In this document: piece by piece, positions 39,346 through 52,410 of the stretch | Numbering within the stretch: the first letter of the stretch is position 1 | Layout: every line of letters begins with the position of its first letter | Source: Felis catus | Taxonomy: Eukaryota | DNA: 64,000 bases | Assembly (NCBI RefSeq): GCF_018350175.1 | Contig: NC_058368.1 | Span: forward strand, 196,852,001-196,916,000 | Direction: 5' to 3' | Notes under the pieces: model-generated | Told to the model about the DNA's origin: nothing | Databases searched by the model: none | The model's input: the letters and a program-made list of their open reading frames with translations, nothing else | Translations under genes and position numbers: made by a program

Positions 39346-41475
39346 CTTTCCTGCTAAAGAACTGTTTAAAGAGTGAAGACAGCCAGTCTGGAAAGGCCTG
39401 CGTGGGCTGTGTTCAAATAAGGAAGAACCTTGGCCTGAGGGAGTGAGCACATTTGCCTGATGTCGTCCTATGGGGCACCAAATGTTTGGAACCTAAAGGT
39501 CAAATTAGAAAAAACTTTCTAGGGGCACCTGGGTGGTTCAGTCGGTTGAGCATCCGACTTCGCTCAAGTCATGATCTCAAGGTCCGTGAGTTCCAGCCCC
39601 GCATCGGGCTCTGTGCTGACAGCTCAGAGCCTGGAGCCTGTTTCAGATTCTGTGTCTCCCTCTCTCTGCCCTGCCCCTGCTCACAGTCTCTCTCTCTCTT
39701 GAAAAATAAACAAACGTTAAAAAAATATTTTTTAGAGAAAAAACTTTGTAAGAACACCTGGCTGGTTCAGTTGGTAGAACAGGTGACTCTTGATCTTGGG
39801 GTTTTGAGTTCAAGCCTCGCCATGGGTGTACCACTTACTTTAAGAGAAAAAACAACTTTGTAACAGAGTTACTGTGAAACAAAATCAGGCCACAGAGCCG
39901 GGAAGGGAAGGAACTTGCCAAAGTCCCTGAGCTTGCAAAAAAAATGGTTGAGAAATGACTGGCTGAAGGTGAGACAGAGAGGAGGCAAGAGGCATCCCAG
40001 ATGCACACATACACATCCTCTGTTTCCAAGGAAAAACTCTCCTTTATAAATACCCAGAGAGGAATGTAAGCCACCAGACAGGTAGTATGTGTCTTAATCC
40101 AAATTAAATAGCAGCTATTTGCCCTAAGCCATATTTCCCTGACTCTATTTGCAAGGCCTAAAATGGTAGAGAAAGGAGACCACACAGCCTTTTGTAAGAG
40201 TAGTTCTTTTTATAGGTAAGTAGGCCTGCCAGGCCCTGTCCTCACAATTTTGGATCCACAGACTTTAAAACTCCTAATGAACAACCAATAGGCTTTGGAC
40301 AATCAAGCTCAACAAACGCCATTTTGCTTCAGTTACAGCGCTCAAACACCCGCCTCAGGAGTTAAATAAAAAGCCATTTATTTGATCTAGAATAGACTCA
40401 ACGGAAGCACTGTTTACCATGGCAAGCTGCTGATCGAAGAGGGATGAGAGCCAGCTGCCAGCAACTCCTGTCCCCTGGCAGGGACTCAGCTGAGCCCCCA
40501 TCACCTGGTAAGACTGTGCGTTGCCCAGGCCCCCATGTATGCCCTCCTCTATCCTCTCATGGAAAACCAAGCTATGCAGGTATCGGCTCCATCCGAAAAA
40601 GGCAAGCAAGGCCCAATAAACCGTCCTTGTTAGAATGTCTGGTAGCTTCAGGGCACCCCAGGGGCTCAGTGGGTTGAGAGTCCAACTCTTCATTTAGCCT
40701 CAGGTCATCATCCCTGAGGGTTGATGGGATCAAGCCCTGAGTTGGGCTCCACACACAGCGTGGGGCTCTCTCTCTCTCTCAGAGGCACCTGGGTGGCTCA
40801 CTTGGTTGAGCATCGGACTTCGGCTCAGGTCATGATCTCGCGGTCTGTGAGTTCGAGCCCCGCGTCGGGCTCTGTGCCGACAGCTCAGAGCCTGGAGCCT
40901 GCTTCCAATTCTGTGTCTCCCTCTCTCTCTGCCCCTCCCCCACTCATGCTCTCTCTCTCCCTCTCTCTCTTTCTCTCTCAAAAATAAATAAACATTAAAA
41001 AATTAAAAAAAAAAAAAAAGAATGTCTGGTAGCTTCTACTCTCAGCATTTCACCTTGGGCCAAATACTGATGCTAGGCATTGCTGTGGTTTTATTTAGGC
41101 TATCGTCATCACAACATGCGCTGCTGCTTCTAAGCCACAACAGGGTTCACTTTAGAGTTTCATGTTTATAGTTGTTTTTAATTATTTCAGACACAGCCCG
41201 ATTTCTCCCAGGGCATCACCTTTCCTAACTGGCACAGCAGCGGGCCACTGGATTCTGTGCACCAGCACAGAAGGGCTCAGCCTTCATTCTTAAGTCTGAA
41301 CATAACTTGAAGGATGAAGCAGACAATCTTATCCCTATTTCACAGGTAAAACTGGGCCCTGGAGAGGTTAAACTACTGGTCCAAGGTCGCACAGCTAGCA
41401 GGGTCAGGACACTGGACTGACCGTCTAATTGGACTCACTTCTTTCGCAGCTGCCTCCCTTTAAAGGAGCAAAAGA

Positions 41476-41707
41476 GGGGCGCCTGGGTGGCGCAGTCGGT
41501 TAAGCGTCCGACTTCAGCCAGGTCACGATCTCGCGGTCATGAGTTCGAGCCCCGCGTCGGGCTCTGGGCTGATGGCTTAGAGCCTGGAGCCTGTTTCCGA
41601 TTCTGTGTCTCCCTCTCTCTCTGCCCCTCCCCCATTCATGCTCTGTCTCTCTCTGTCCCAAAAATAAATAAAAAACGTTGAAAAAAAATTAAAAAAAAAA
41701 AAAAAAA
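41476..41707 (+). mobile_element. Young felid CAN-SINE
   Basis: TSD gagcaaaaga. Confidence 0.9.
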
Positions 41708-42289
41708 GAGCAAAAGAATGCTCCGAACAGCACAGCCTGAATGCCAGCCTTCAGTCACTTCTTACAGCAGAATGCTTCATTCAAACCTGAAACCGTGTGC
41801 AAGGTTATGCGTGAACCTTGGGGGCGGGGAGAGACTCAGATTTCTAAGGGGTCGGGGATCCCCAGAAGGTTAAGCATGTGGGCAGGCTGCTGTCAAGTTT
41901 CTCTACTCCCCTCCAAGTTTTGAGCGCTCACTGTGCACGGAGCACTGTAGGGGGAGCGGGACAGCCCCGGGCTCTCCGCTCGGCTCTCGGTCCCAGCTTT
42001 GGCACAACCTTTCTGGGGATCCTTGGCCAAGGCAGCTCACCGCAGGGAGGCAAATTTCCTTTCCCTTTTCCCCTGGCCTGGACTGACTAGTCACAATTAT
42101 ATTTTCCTTCTCAAAGATTCTTTAATATTGTTTGCATTTTCCATTGTTTTAACCTATGGGTTCTTATTAAAAGTCACCCCAAATCCTACACTGAAGCAAG
42201 CAGGGGTTAAGCTTTTTTTTTTTTTTTTTTAGGCCACCTTACCTCTCTGGGCCTTAGTTTTCCACCTGTAAAAGGTCCCATGGATCAGG

Positions 42290-42900
42290 TTGCCAGCATG
42301 CCCGTAAGACCCGTGACGCAAACAAAGCTCACCGCGCCACCTGGGACCGGGCGTCGCGGCTTCCCCGCTCCCCACCTCCCCACTTGAATCCGAGCGCCCC
42401 TCCTCTCCGCGCCCACCCCGCCCCAATAGCCGGCAGCCCTCACCTCGCGGATCTCTGCCTCCGGCGACGCAGCCGCGGGGGCGCCAGGGGCGCCCGGCTC
42501 CCCTGCCCCGCGCCGCGTCTGGGCCTCTGCGCCGCGGGTCCCACGGAGGGCGCGGGCGGGCGCGGCTCTGCCCACGCTGCGCGCGTGCGTGCGCCGCGGA
42601 AGGGCGGCCCGCTCTCGCGCCTTTGTCAATTGTCTGCGGCCAGGTTGTTTTCCACTCGCTGCGCCCGGGACCCGGCCGGGCCGGACCGGGGTGGCCCTGG
42701 CCTTGGCCCGCCGCCAGCGCAGAGAGCTGCTGAGCGCCTAGCGCGCCCGGGGGCGCCGCCCACCCTGCCTTCTAGTTCAGCCGTCTTCTCGCCGGGGGCG
42801 CGGCACCCCCAACACCCGGGCCAGCGCTTAGGTCACCCGGTGGGAATGTTGACCCCTGGATCACTGAATATCTGTATTATCTGTGCCCCGGCCCGAAGCA
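42290..42900. promoter_or_regulatory. CpG island / promoter of ARHGEF37
   Basis: Very GC-rich with dense CpG; GC boxes (gggcgg); NRF1-like TGCGCGCGTGCGTGCGC at 42578-42594; no TATA box. Confidence 0.88.
42444..42600 (-). other. ARHGEF37: Probable non-coding exon 1 of ARHGEF37 (TSS position approximate)
   Basis: Inside the only CpG island, ~19 kb upstream of the ATG exon; strong donor GAG|gtgagg at 42444 and a second candidate GCG|gtgagc at 42333; no minus-strand ATG in the segment. Confidence 0.6.
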
Positions 42901-44108
42901 CTGGACATTAGGGCTGGACCTCGATTTCATTCCGAGAGTTCGCTGCCTAGGACCTCTGGGTTCTTACCCAGGCCTCCCGTGAAGTCAGTCTTAGACAAAT
43001 CTGCCAGTCTCCCTGCCCCCCGAGTCTCCTTTTCTGTGATGTGAAGGTGTTCTCCATTCTCTCCCTGCTGTGAAATGGGACGCTGTTCTAGGCACTAAGT
43101 ATTCAGCAGTCCACGGGGCAGAAAAGGTCCCCGTCCTCTTAGGGGGGTGGTGGGTGAAGGTGGTCAGTGAACATTGAAATGATAATTGCAAGAAAAAAAA
43201 AATGTGATAATTGCTTTGAAAAAGGTTCCCATCAGGACAACCAAACCTTGTTTGTGGGGTTAGGAATCGACTAGATTAACTTTCTTCAATCTTCTCGGTC
43301 CTAATCCTTATTCTTATTCTCGTTATTAGGGCTTATTATATTTTATTATTATTAATGACAGCAGTAGTAGCATTGCCTACTAAGTGCCAAGCACTATACT
43401 AAACATTTTACTTGTATTTTTTCATTAACCTCATTCACAACTTCTCTATGCAATAGGCATACTTCTCGTTATTGTTAATATTATCCTCCTTTGAGAGAAA
43501 CTGAGGCCAGAAATGAAAAGTAACTTGTCCACTATGGCATAGCTACAAAGCAACAGAATGAGTATTCAAATTCAGACTGTCTGAGGCCTCAGGGTGGTTC
43601 GTCTCTACTCTACACCCATAAAAATATGAAGACCAAAATGAGGTTGTCTTCACTGTGATGGATGAGAAAAACGGAAGGGGAGAGGGTGGTTTATTCTGTA
43701 GACAAGAAAAACAAGGGAAGGTGAGAGCTTTCTGAAAGAGCTGTCCGTGGATTAGACTTGGCACGTATGACCTGAGAGGTCACTAGCATGGGGAAATCTA
43801 TGAAGGACAGACACATTGCAACACATAAGGCAGAATTTCTCCAACAGAACATTTCACAAGTGGTATCAGCGCCTGGAGAAAGTGCCATTAAGGGTCAGCA
43901 TTCAAAATATAACATTGTAGGGCACCTGGCTGGCTCAGTTGGAAGAGCATGTGACTCTTGATCTCGGGGTTGTGAGTTTGAGCCCCACTTTGGGTGTAGA
44001 GATTATTAAAAATAAATACGTGAACTTTAAAACAACAACAAAAAATATAAAATTGCATGTCAACTATATTTCAATAATAAAAAGAATGTTTTAAAATAGT
44101 CAACATTC

Positions 44109-44344
44109 GGGGCGCCTGGGTGGCGCAGTCGGTTAAGCGTCTGACTTCAGCCAGGTCACGATCTCGCGGTCCGTGAGTTCGAGCCCCGCGTCGGGCTCTG
44201 TGCTGACCGCTCAGAGCCTGGAGCCTGTTTCCGATTCTGTGTCTCCCTCTCTCTCTGCCCCTCCCCCATTCATGCTCTGTCTCTCTCTGTCCCAAAAATA
44301 AATAAAAGTTGAAAAAAAATTTTTTTTTTTAAAAATAAAAAAAA
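44109..44344 (+). mobile_element. Young felid CAN-SINE
   Basis: TSD aaaatagtcaacattc. Confidence 0.9.
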
Positions 44345-44850
44345 AAATAGTCAACATTCAAGCAGAGAGGCTTATCAGGAATGCTTCAAAGAAGAGTCCT
44401 GTAAAAGTTAAAGACTGGGTTAGGAATCTCTAAGTTTTCTTCCCATTCTGAAGGAATTCTGGAGGGAAATGGAATCCTAGAGTGCTTAAGTGACATACCC
44501 AAAGCCCCGCAGGAGTGAAGACCTGACCCCAAAGCAAGGCTGACTTCTAAATCAGACTTTCTGGGGCGCCTGGGTGGCTCAGTCGGTTGAGCGTCCGACT
44601 TCAGCTCAGGTCATGATCTTGCAGCCTGTGAGTTCGAGCCCCATGGCGGGCTCTGTGCTGACAGCTCGGAGCCTGGAGCCTGCTTCCGATTCTGTGTCTC
44701 CCTCTCTCTCTGCCCCTTCCCCGCTCATGCTCTGTCTCTCTCTGTCTCAAAAATAAATTTAAAAAAAATTTTTTTTAAATAAAAAATAAATCAGACTTTC
44801 TGTTTGTGGGGAAAGTCTTGCATGCTCAACACCTCAGTTCTGCTTCTGTA

Positions 44851-44852
<2 letters not shown>

Positions 44853-44898
<46 letters not shown>

Positions 44899-44899
44899 G
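44853..44899. repeat. (GT)~20 microsatellite (a shorter one lies at 21828-21855)
   Basis: Read directly from the sequence. Confidence 0.95.
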
Positions 44900-46184
44900 A
44901 CCAGTCTTTTCTTGGGAGTATGGAATCAGCTGCTCTCTCTGTTCCGCTTATATTATTAATGTGCACCTTTCCTCCTTGCTTGTGTTGAATATTCTGTGAT
45001 TTCAGACACAAGTGTCAACACTCCCCGGGCAACTGCTGTATCACTGGGGTCTCAGGGGTAGCGGGGTCCCAATTCCACAAGAAGGACTTATTTGGTAATT
45101 TAAGGAAAAAGGAGACAAGCTGGATAGTATTTTCATTTGAAACTGATGTTTCTTAGATTCTGTTTGAGGACTCTGGATTTACCTTGAGTTAAATTCCTAA
45201 GGTACTAACACTAATATCCCATTTCTTATCCTAGGTCACAAATACTTTGATGCACAGCAATCTAGAACTGCCAACTTCGGAGGAGGCATTCTTTTCTCGG
45301 TGCTCTAGACAGCTACTTGTTTGTTTTCAAACTGGAAACCTTGAACGGAGGATTGGGACTGGTTTCTAGAAAATACACAAATGAATGGACATCGCCTTGC
45401 CCCCAGTGACACTACTTCAAAGATTAAAAGTTCCTCTTCTCTTCTATCCTCAACAGTGATCAATTTTCAAATTTCTTTTTTGAAAAGAAAATGTATTTAC
45501 CTAGCTCAAAATTCAAAAGTATACCGTTAGGGCTACAGCTTATTGATCTTTGGGTGCCTCTCAGTGCCCGCCGTGTTGCCTTGTATACAGTAGGTGCTGA
45601 ATAAGTGTTGATCGACTGGGTGGATGAGTGTGATGAAGAAGTTGTGGGAGACAGAGGAAGAAGTGGTTTCGTTAGGATGGGGCAGCAAACATTTTGCCTG
45701 AGATGCGTGGGCTTCAAAGGAGCCGGTTGCAACAACTCCCAGACCAGTTGCAGATTTGACCATGACTTTATCTGGAGATCTGTATTAAAAGCGGTGGCCT
45801 CAGGGGCGCCTGGCTGGCTTAGTTAGATGAGCATGCGACTCTTGGTCTTGGGGTCATGAATTGAACCCCCACGTTGAGTGCAGAGATTACTTAAATAAAT
45901 AATCTTTAAAAAAAAATCTTTAGGGGCACCTGGGTGGCTCAGTCGGTTGGGCGTCCGACTTCGGCTCAGGTCGCTATCTCACGGTCCATGAGTTTGAGCC
46001 CCCACGTCGGGCCTGGTGCTGACAGCTCAGAGCCTGGAGCCTGCTTCAGATTCTGTGTCTCCCTCTCTCTCTGACCCTCCCCTGTTCATGCTCTGTCTCT
46101 CTCTGTCTCAAAAATAAATAAACATTAAAAAAAAATCTTTAAATAATCTTGAAAAAATATTATTTACTACTAAAATGAATAATC

Positions 46185-46410
46185 TTTTTTTTTATTATTT
46201 TTTTTCAACGTTCATTTATTTTTGGGACAGAGAGAGACAGAGCATGAACGGGGGAGGGGCAGAGAGAGAGAGGGAGACACAGAATCGGAAACAGGCTCCA
46301 GGCTCCGAGCCATCAGCCCAGAGCCCGATGCGGGGCTCGAACTCACGGACCGCGAGATCGTGACCTGGCTGAAGTCGGACGCTTAACCGACTGCGCCACC
46401 CAGGCGCCCC
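46185..46410 (-). mobile_element. Young felid CAN-SINE, tail-to-tail with a plus-strand SINE at ~45922-46136
   Basis: TSD taaaatgaataatcttt. Confidence 0.9.
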
Positions 46411-46494
46411 TAAAATGAATAATCTTTAAAAAAAAAAAAAAGCGGCATTAGACCCCGTTGGATGGTGCACGATCTAAAGATTACGTACCAGCCA

Positions 46495-46975
46495 GAGCCT
46501 TTTTGCTGCAAGCGATACTCACTGCTTCTGGTTAACTGAAGCATCAAAGGAATTTATTGAATAGTACTGAGCTCAGAGAATCAATGGACAGGCTGGAGAA
46601 CCAGATAGGCGTGAAGGGAGGCTGGGGGGCCAGACCCGCAGAGGAAACCACACGGCAGGAAAAACGCTGCTTCTGGACATCGGCAATGCACTGAGGACGG
46701 GTGCTACAACTGACCCAGCTGTCATGGCTGCCACCAGATATCGCGTGCCACCACTACCGGAATAAGTTTTGTACATTGCCTGCTTCTCTTGGCTCCTACC
46801 TCTAGAATCGTGATCCAGGTGGGATTGGCTGATCGGTCATGCCTGAGTCCCAAACAGTCAGCGATCAGGGAACACTTCTGGCTTCCTTGAGTGAGATGCA
46901 GGGCCCTTCTCTGCAAACTTACAAAGGCAGTTTGGAGGCTGGGCAATCAGGAAAATGATAAATGTCCACCATGTT
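46495..46975 (-). mobile_element. Old MaLR LTR relic (MLT1-type)
   Basis: ttgctgcaagcga..aaaggaatttattgaa..gctcagagaatc and ctgatcggtcatgcctgagtc. Confidence 0.5.
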
Positions 46976-47035
46976 GTTATGTTCTAGTAATTTGTAGGCC
47001 CCAAAGGGAAAGAAAGAATTAAAGAGTATAATCTG

Positions 47036-47270
47036 GGGGCGCCTGGGTGGCGCAGTCAGTTAAGCGTCCGACTTCAGCCAGGTCACGATCTCGCGGTCCG
47101 TGAGTTCGAGCCCCGCGTCGGGCTCTGGGCTGATGGCTCGGAGCCCGGAGCCTGTTTCCGATTCTGTGTCTCCCTCTCTCTCTGCCCCTCCCCCGTTCAT
47201 GCTCTGTCTCCCTCTGTCCCAAAAATAAATAAACGTTGAAAAAAAAAATTAAAAAATAAATAAATAAATA
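47036..47270 (+). mobile_element. Young felid CAN-SINE
   Basis: TSD taaagagtataatctg. Confidence 0.9.
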
Positions 47271-49125
47271 AAGAGTATAATCTGTAAAAAGTGCTGCATA
47301 ATACAGCATCTGAGCTGAACTCGCAAAACCAGACGAGGTGGCTATTACAGTTATTACCGAACCTTCAATCTTTTTTAAATTTTATAGAAGTAAGCTCTAC
47401 GCCCAATGTGTAGTTTGAACTCATGACCCCGCGATCGAGTCACATGCTCTACCGACTGAGCCAGCCGGGTGCCCATTTCCCAACCTTTTAAAATTTCATC
47501 CATCTAAGAACTTCTATATAGCACTAGTATTTTCTTCCCAAGCCTTTCCTTCTCTTTCTCTGTGGAATCACTCATAATTGCACCGCTGAGCAAAGAAAGG
47601 TTGAGAAGAGGTAAATTATGCCAAATGTGTACTTAGCAGCACAACACAGGCAGTGCCATGAGCCTAATGAATCGGATTTGTTTTTCTGATAAGTTTGTGT
47701 TTTTGTTCAAACTGCTTCCCTCTTTTTAGAGCCTCGGTCTTGAGACCATATCGATTTTTTCATTCATCTTTTTTAAATCCACACTCTAATTTCTACACTG
47801 ATACGACAAATAGGTGCAGGACACCTGGGTGGCTCAGTCAGTTAAGCATCCACTTTCGGCTCAGGTCGTGATCTCGTGGTTCGCGGGTTTGAGCCCCGAG
47901 TCAGGCTCTGTGCTGACAGCTCAGAGGCTGGAGCCTGCTTTGGATTCTGTGTGTGTGTGTCTCTCTCTCTGCCCCTCCCCAGCTAGCACTCTGTCTCTCT
48001 GTCTCTCTGTCTCTCTCTCTCAAAGATAAATATTTTAAAAAAGAATTTAAAAAATAGGTGCAAAAAAATAGGTGCTATTTACTGAATGCCTGATACATGT
48101 CAGAAATTTCTCATGGATGATCTTTAATCCTGACAACCACCCTATATGATTTGCATTTTATAATTGTGGAAATGGAGGCTCAGGAAGATTAACCCATCCA
48201 AGGTTACATGGCTCATAGGTGACATCTGTAGCCAGGTCTATCCAGTACACAATTCTGTATCTCAGATGGCTGCTTTCTCCAAAGATTCTCATCGCCATTA
48301 AAAAAAAAAAAAAAAAAATCATACTAAAGGAGCACGTGGGTGGCTCAGTCGGTTAAGCGTCTGACTTCACCTCAGGTCATGATCTTACAGTTCATAGGTT
48401 CGAGCCCTGCGTCAGGCTCTGTGCTGACAGTTCAGAGCCTGGATCCTGCTTCAGATTCTGTGTCTCCCTCTCTCTCTGCCCCTCCTTCACTCATGTTCTC
48501 TCTCTCAAAAATAAATAAATGTTGAAAAAAAATTTTTTTTTAATTCTACTAAGTCTGAATGTAATGATTTCCTCTATCTTCGGAGATATTAAATCTTCGG
48601 AAAGACAAGCCAAGAAATTATCGGTTGCGTGTCCTTAGCAGAATTAAGCTTTTATCGCATTAACAGGCTAGTTTAATAACCTCATTACTAATGTATAAAA
48701 ATTTTTATAACAAGAGTGTCTGCTTTATTCAGCCCAAATTACAAGCCAGTTACTATGCTAGTTAGCCCTGAAAGATGAGTTTAACCATGTTCTTTTTTTA
48801 TTAATGAGAAACCTGAGATTTTTAGCGACAGAAACTCGCCAGGGGCCTCGCTGCTCCAAAGGGGCAAACCTAGGACCGCAGCCGCAGCAGCCGGGACTCT
48901 GAAGCCTCCTTTGGTCCGCGATGTCACACTCTTTCTGGGCCACTTCTATAATTTGTACTGAGAAACACCACCTAGCATCTCTTCTGTTTCTTTCTCCTCC
49001 TGGTTTCCAGTGGCTTCCATCTGTGTTCCCAACTTGTCGTGGGTATAATCACCATATAAAGACAGAGCTCTTCCCTGTTCCCTTCCAAGTTTCCCAGCTC
49101 TCTCTTCCCATAGTCAAGGGCACAA

Positions 49126-49197
49126 CCTTCTCCTTCTCCTTCTCCTTCTCCTTCTCCTTCTCCTTCTCCTTCTCCTTCTCCTTCTCCTTCTCCTTCT
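49126..49197. repeat. (CCTTCT)12 hexamer forming the tail of a minus-strand SINE (49198-49430)
   Basis: Read directly; 12 perfect units. Confidence 0.92.
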
Positions 49198-50659
49198 TCT
49201 TAATGTTTATTTCTTTATTTTTGAGAGAGAGAGAGTGAGAGCATGTAGGGGAGGGGCACAGGGAGGGGGGGTGGGGGAGAGGGAGAGAGAATCCCAAGCA
49301 GGATCCATGCTCAGCACAGGAGCCCAGTGGGATGGGGGTGGGGTGGCGCTTCATCCTATAACCGTGAAATCATGACCTGAGCAGAAATCAAGAGTCCAAC
49401 ACTTAACCCACTGAGCCACCCAGGCGCCCCAAGGGCACAACCTTCTCACACAGACTCAGCCCTGAGCTCTGTCATAGTCCTGTTCTTCATGTGCAGAGAG
49501 ATGTGAAAACTTAGTTTTGAAGTTTAGGAGATACCCTCTAAATCTACTTTGCTGGAATCCCGTCCCTGAATAAGTGCCTCAGTTCTGGAAATTGACTTTA
49601 ACACATTACAATCATGATTTTTTAGCCCAGGTTTGGGAAACTTGCGTTTACCCTACCTTACTCCTCGTATTAGTCAGTACTCCTTTGGCCCCAGTGCCAG
49701 AAATCCAACTCATCTAGAAATCATAATGTCCATTAGAGACATCTCTAGAGAAAAGACCATCTCTGCCTATGTGTCTCTTCAAGAGAACAAGCCCTCCTGG
49801 GGCACCTGGGTGGCTCAATCAGGTAAGTGCCCGACTCATGATTTTGGCTCAGGTCATGATCTCACAGTTGCTGAGATCGAAAGCCCTGTGTTGGGTTCCT
49901 TACTGGCACTGGGCTCTGTGCTGACAGGGCGGAGACTGCTTGGGATTCTCTACCCCTCTCTCTCTCTCTCTCTCTTTCTCTATCAAAATAAATAATTAAA
50001 TGTTAAAAAGAGAGAGAGAGAGAGAGAACGAGCCCCCCTAAAAGTTCTCCAGCAGACTTTTCCTCCCATCTCATTGAGTACAATAACATGTCCATACCAA
50101 ACCATACCTAAACCAATCGCTGACTGGCTTAGATGGGTGAAGACCCAACACCGGGCCAGCCGCCTCTAAACCATTAGTTATGTAGCCTTAACACAATTGG
50201 AGTCTTTTGGGGAGGAGGAAGGATAAGGGGGAATGAATGCCCTTGGGTAGGCATCCAACAGTGTCTGCTGCAGGAGGGGTGGGCAATTCTGCAAGGAACA
50301 TGAGAGCCAAAGATAAGGTGACCCTTCCTGCTGAGTCCTTAAAGAGAGAGTTCTTACCGACTAGATAGGCATGGAAAGTTATGCCAGGTAGAAAAAGCTG
50401 CATACATATCACTATGCAACTTCCTAGGGGTGCCTGGGTGGCTTAGTCGGTTAAGGGTCCGACTTCAGCTCAGGTCATGATCTCACCGCTTGTGAGTTCG
50501 AGCCCCGCATAGGGCTCTGTGCTGACAACTCAGAGCCTAGAGCCTGCTTTGGATTCTGTGTCTCCCTCTCTCTTTGCCCTTCTCCCACTCACGCTCTGTC
50601 TCTCTCCCTCTCACCAAAACAAATGAACATTAAAAAAATATGCAACTACCTTGTGTTTT

Positions 50660-51720
50660 CAGGAAATGCAATCACTTCATTATAGCTAGATTGAATGTTA
50701 TACATCGGAGTGTGCAGTGACAGCTGTAGGCAGGCACCGTGTTCTGGAAAGCACATATGTCCTGCTAAGGAATTTAAACCATGTCTGTAGGCAATGGGGG
50801 AGTCGTCGGAGAATGGAGACAGCATCATATTATTTGAATTTTAAAAACATCACCTAGTGAAAAATGGATCCCGGAAAAATATAAAGCTGAAGGCTGGGAG
50901 TCTAGTTTGAAAGTTGTGGCGTTCAGCCTCGGGTGAGATAATAAAGCCTCAGGTTAAGGCTGCAGTAATAGTGAAGTAGAGAATGAAAGGATAAGAGGAA
51001 AATGTTGAGGGAATATCTAATGACCTACAGGATGTGAGGGGATGGAGGGCCTAGGCCTACTCTGAGATTTTTGTCTTGGGCAGCTAGGTGCGTGGTGGGA
51101 AACTTCGCTAAAGAAAGGGCATCCTAGAGAAGGAACAGGTTTGGGGCAAAGGTTGGGGGTGGGGGAAGTAGTGAGATCACTTTTTTTTTTTAATTTTTTT
51201 TTCAACGTTTATTTATTTTTGGGACAGAGAGAGAGAGACAGAGCATGAACAGGCGAGGGGCAGAGAGAGAGGGAGACACAGAATCGGAAACAGGCTCCAG
51301 GCTCTGAGCCATCAGCCCAAAGCCCGACGCGGGGCTCGAACTCACGGACCGCGAGATCGTGACCTGGCTGAAGTCGGACGCTTAACCGACTGCGCCACCC
51401 AGGCGCCCCTATGTGAGATCACTTTTAAACCAGCTGACACCCTGAGCATGTCCAAGTGAAGACGTCCAGTGGGAAGATGGAGGTAAGGTTCTGGAAGAGG
51501 GAAATTGAGATTGATAATCCAGCTTTGGAAGTCACTGGCAAACTGTTGTACATGAACCTATAAGAGTGAATGAGATCAGCCTGCGAAAACGGGAAGGACA
51601 TGAAGAAAATAAGACCAAGGACAAAGACCTGTGAACACAAGCAAGGGACAGACGGAGAAGCTGGCTAAAAAGCTAGGCTAGGGGAAGTCAGACAGAGTGG
51701 GGAGGTGAGCCAGCCTTTTA
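50660..51720 (-). mobile_element. L2 relic with SINE insertion
   Basis: gtaggcaatggggg, ctagagaaggaacaggtttgggg, catgtccaagtgaagacgtccagt. Confidence 0.6.
51181..51409 (-). mobile_element. Young felid CAN-SINE
   Basis: TSD gtgagatcactttt. Confidence 0.9.
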
Positions 51721-52292
51721 TTAAACTTCCTTAGGGACAATTTCTTTCAACTGTTGTGCTTCAGTCTGGTCCCACACCACCAAGACAAACTACGGTTAAA
51801 ATTCTTGGCCAGTATTGTTTGAATTATTTTAGTATCTGATTTTTATTTATTGGTTTCTAGTTGAAAGTCCGCTTGATCAATGTGATGCTTTTCTGGAAAC
51901 TGCAGGAGAAAAAAAGGTCTGGTGAGGAAGGGAAACTTCCTCAATGCAATATGCATTCCCTGTCCTGGAATACAGCCGCAAGGTCTTGTTGCTACACATT
52001 TAAGGATCTGCAATAATGTGGCCAAGGGTGTAAATAATTTGTAAGACTGGAAGTTGATACAACCTTTGTGACTCAGCAATTTCACGTCTGTTTCCTATAG
52101 AAATCCACACAGTGCACAAAGACACATGGGTAAGGTTGTTTATTGTGACTTAAGAAAAAAAAATCAAAGTAGGGTCACCTGGGTAGCTTAGTCAGTTGAG
52201 CATCCACCTCTTGGTTTCTGCTCAGGTCGTGATCCTGGGGTTGTGGGATCAAGCCCCGTAGGGCTCCATGCTGAATGTGGAGCCTGCTTAAG

Positions 52293-52328
<36 letters not shown>

Positions 52329-52410
52329 CCTTTGCCCTTCCCCTGCTTGCACTCTTTCTCCCTCTAAAAAATTAAAAAAAAATTTTTTTAAGTTAAAAAA
52401 AATCAAAATT

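Noticed and set aside
39835..40693. Two adjacent minus-strand ORFs suggesting a processed pseudogene
   Set aside because: No protein similarity recognised, no poly(A) or TSD, and one ORF starts in a SINE.
42285..42911. 114-175 aa Arg/Ala/Pro/Gly-rich ORFs on both strands
   Set aside because: CpG-island composition artefact, non-ATG starts, no recognisable domain.
43919..44000. tRNA-Lys-like sequences (also ~3963, 34731, 39752, 45803, 55372)
   Set aside because: Short tRNA-derived CAN-SINEs with gtagagatta/A-rich tails, not tRNA genes.
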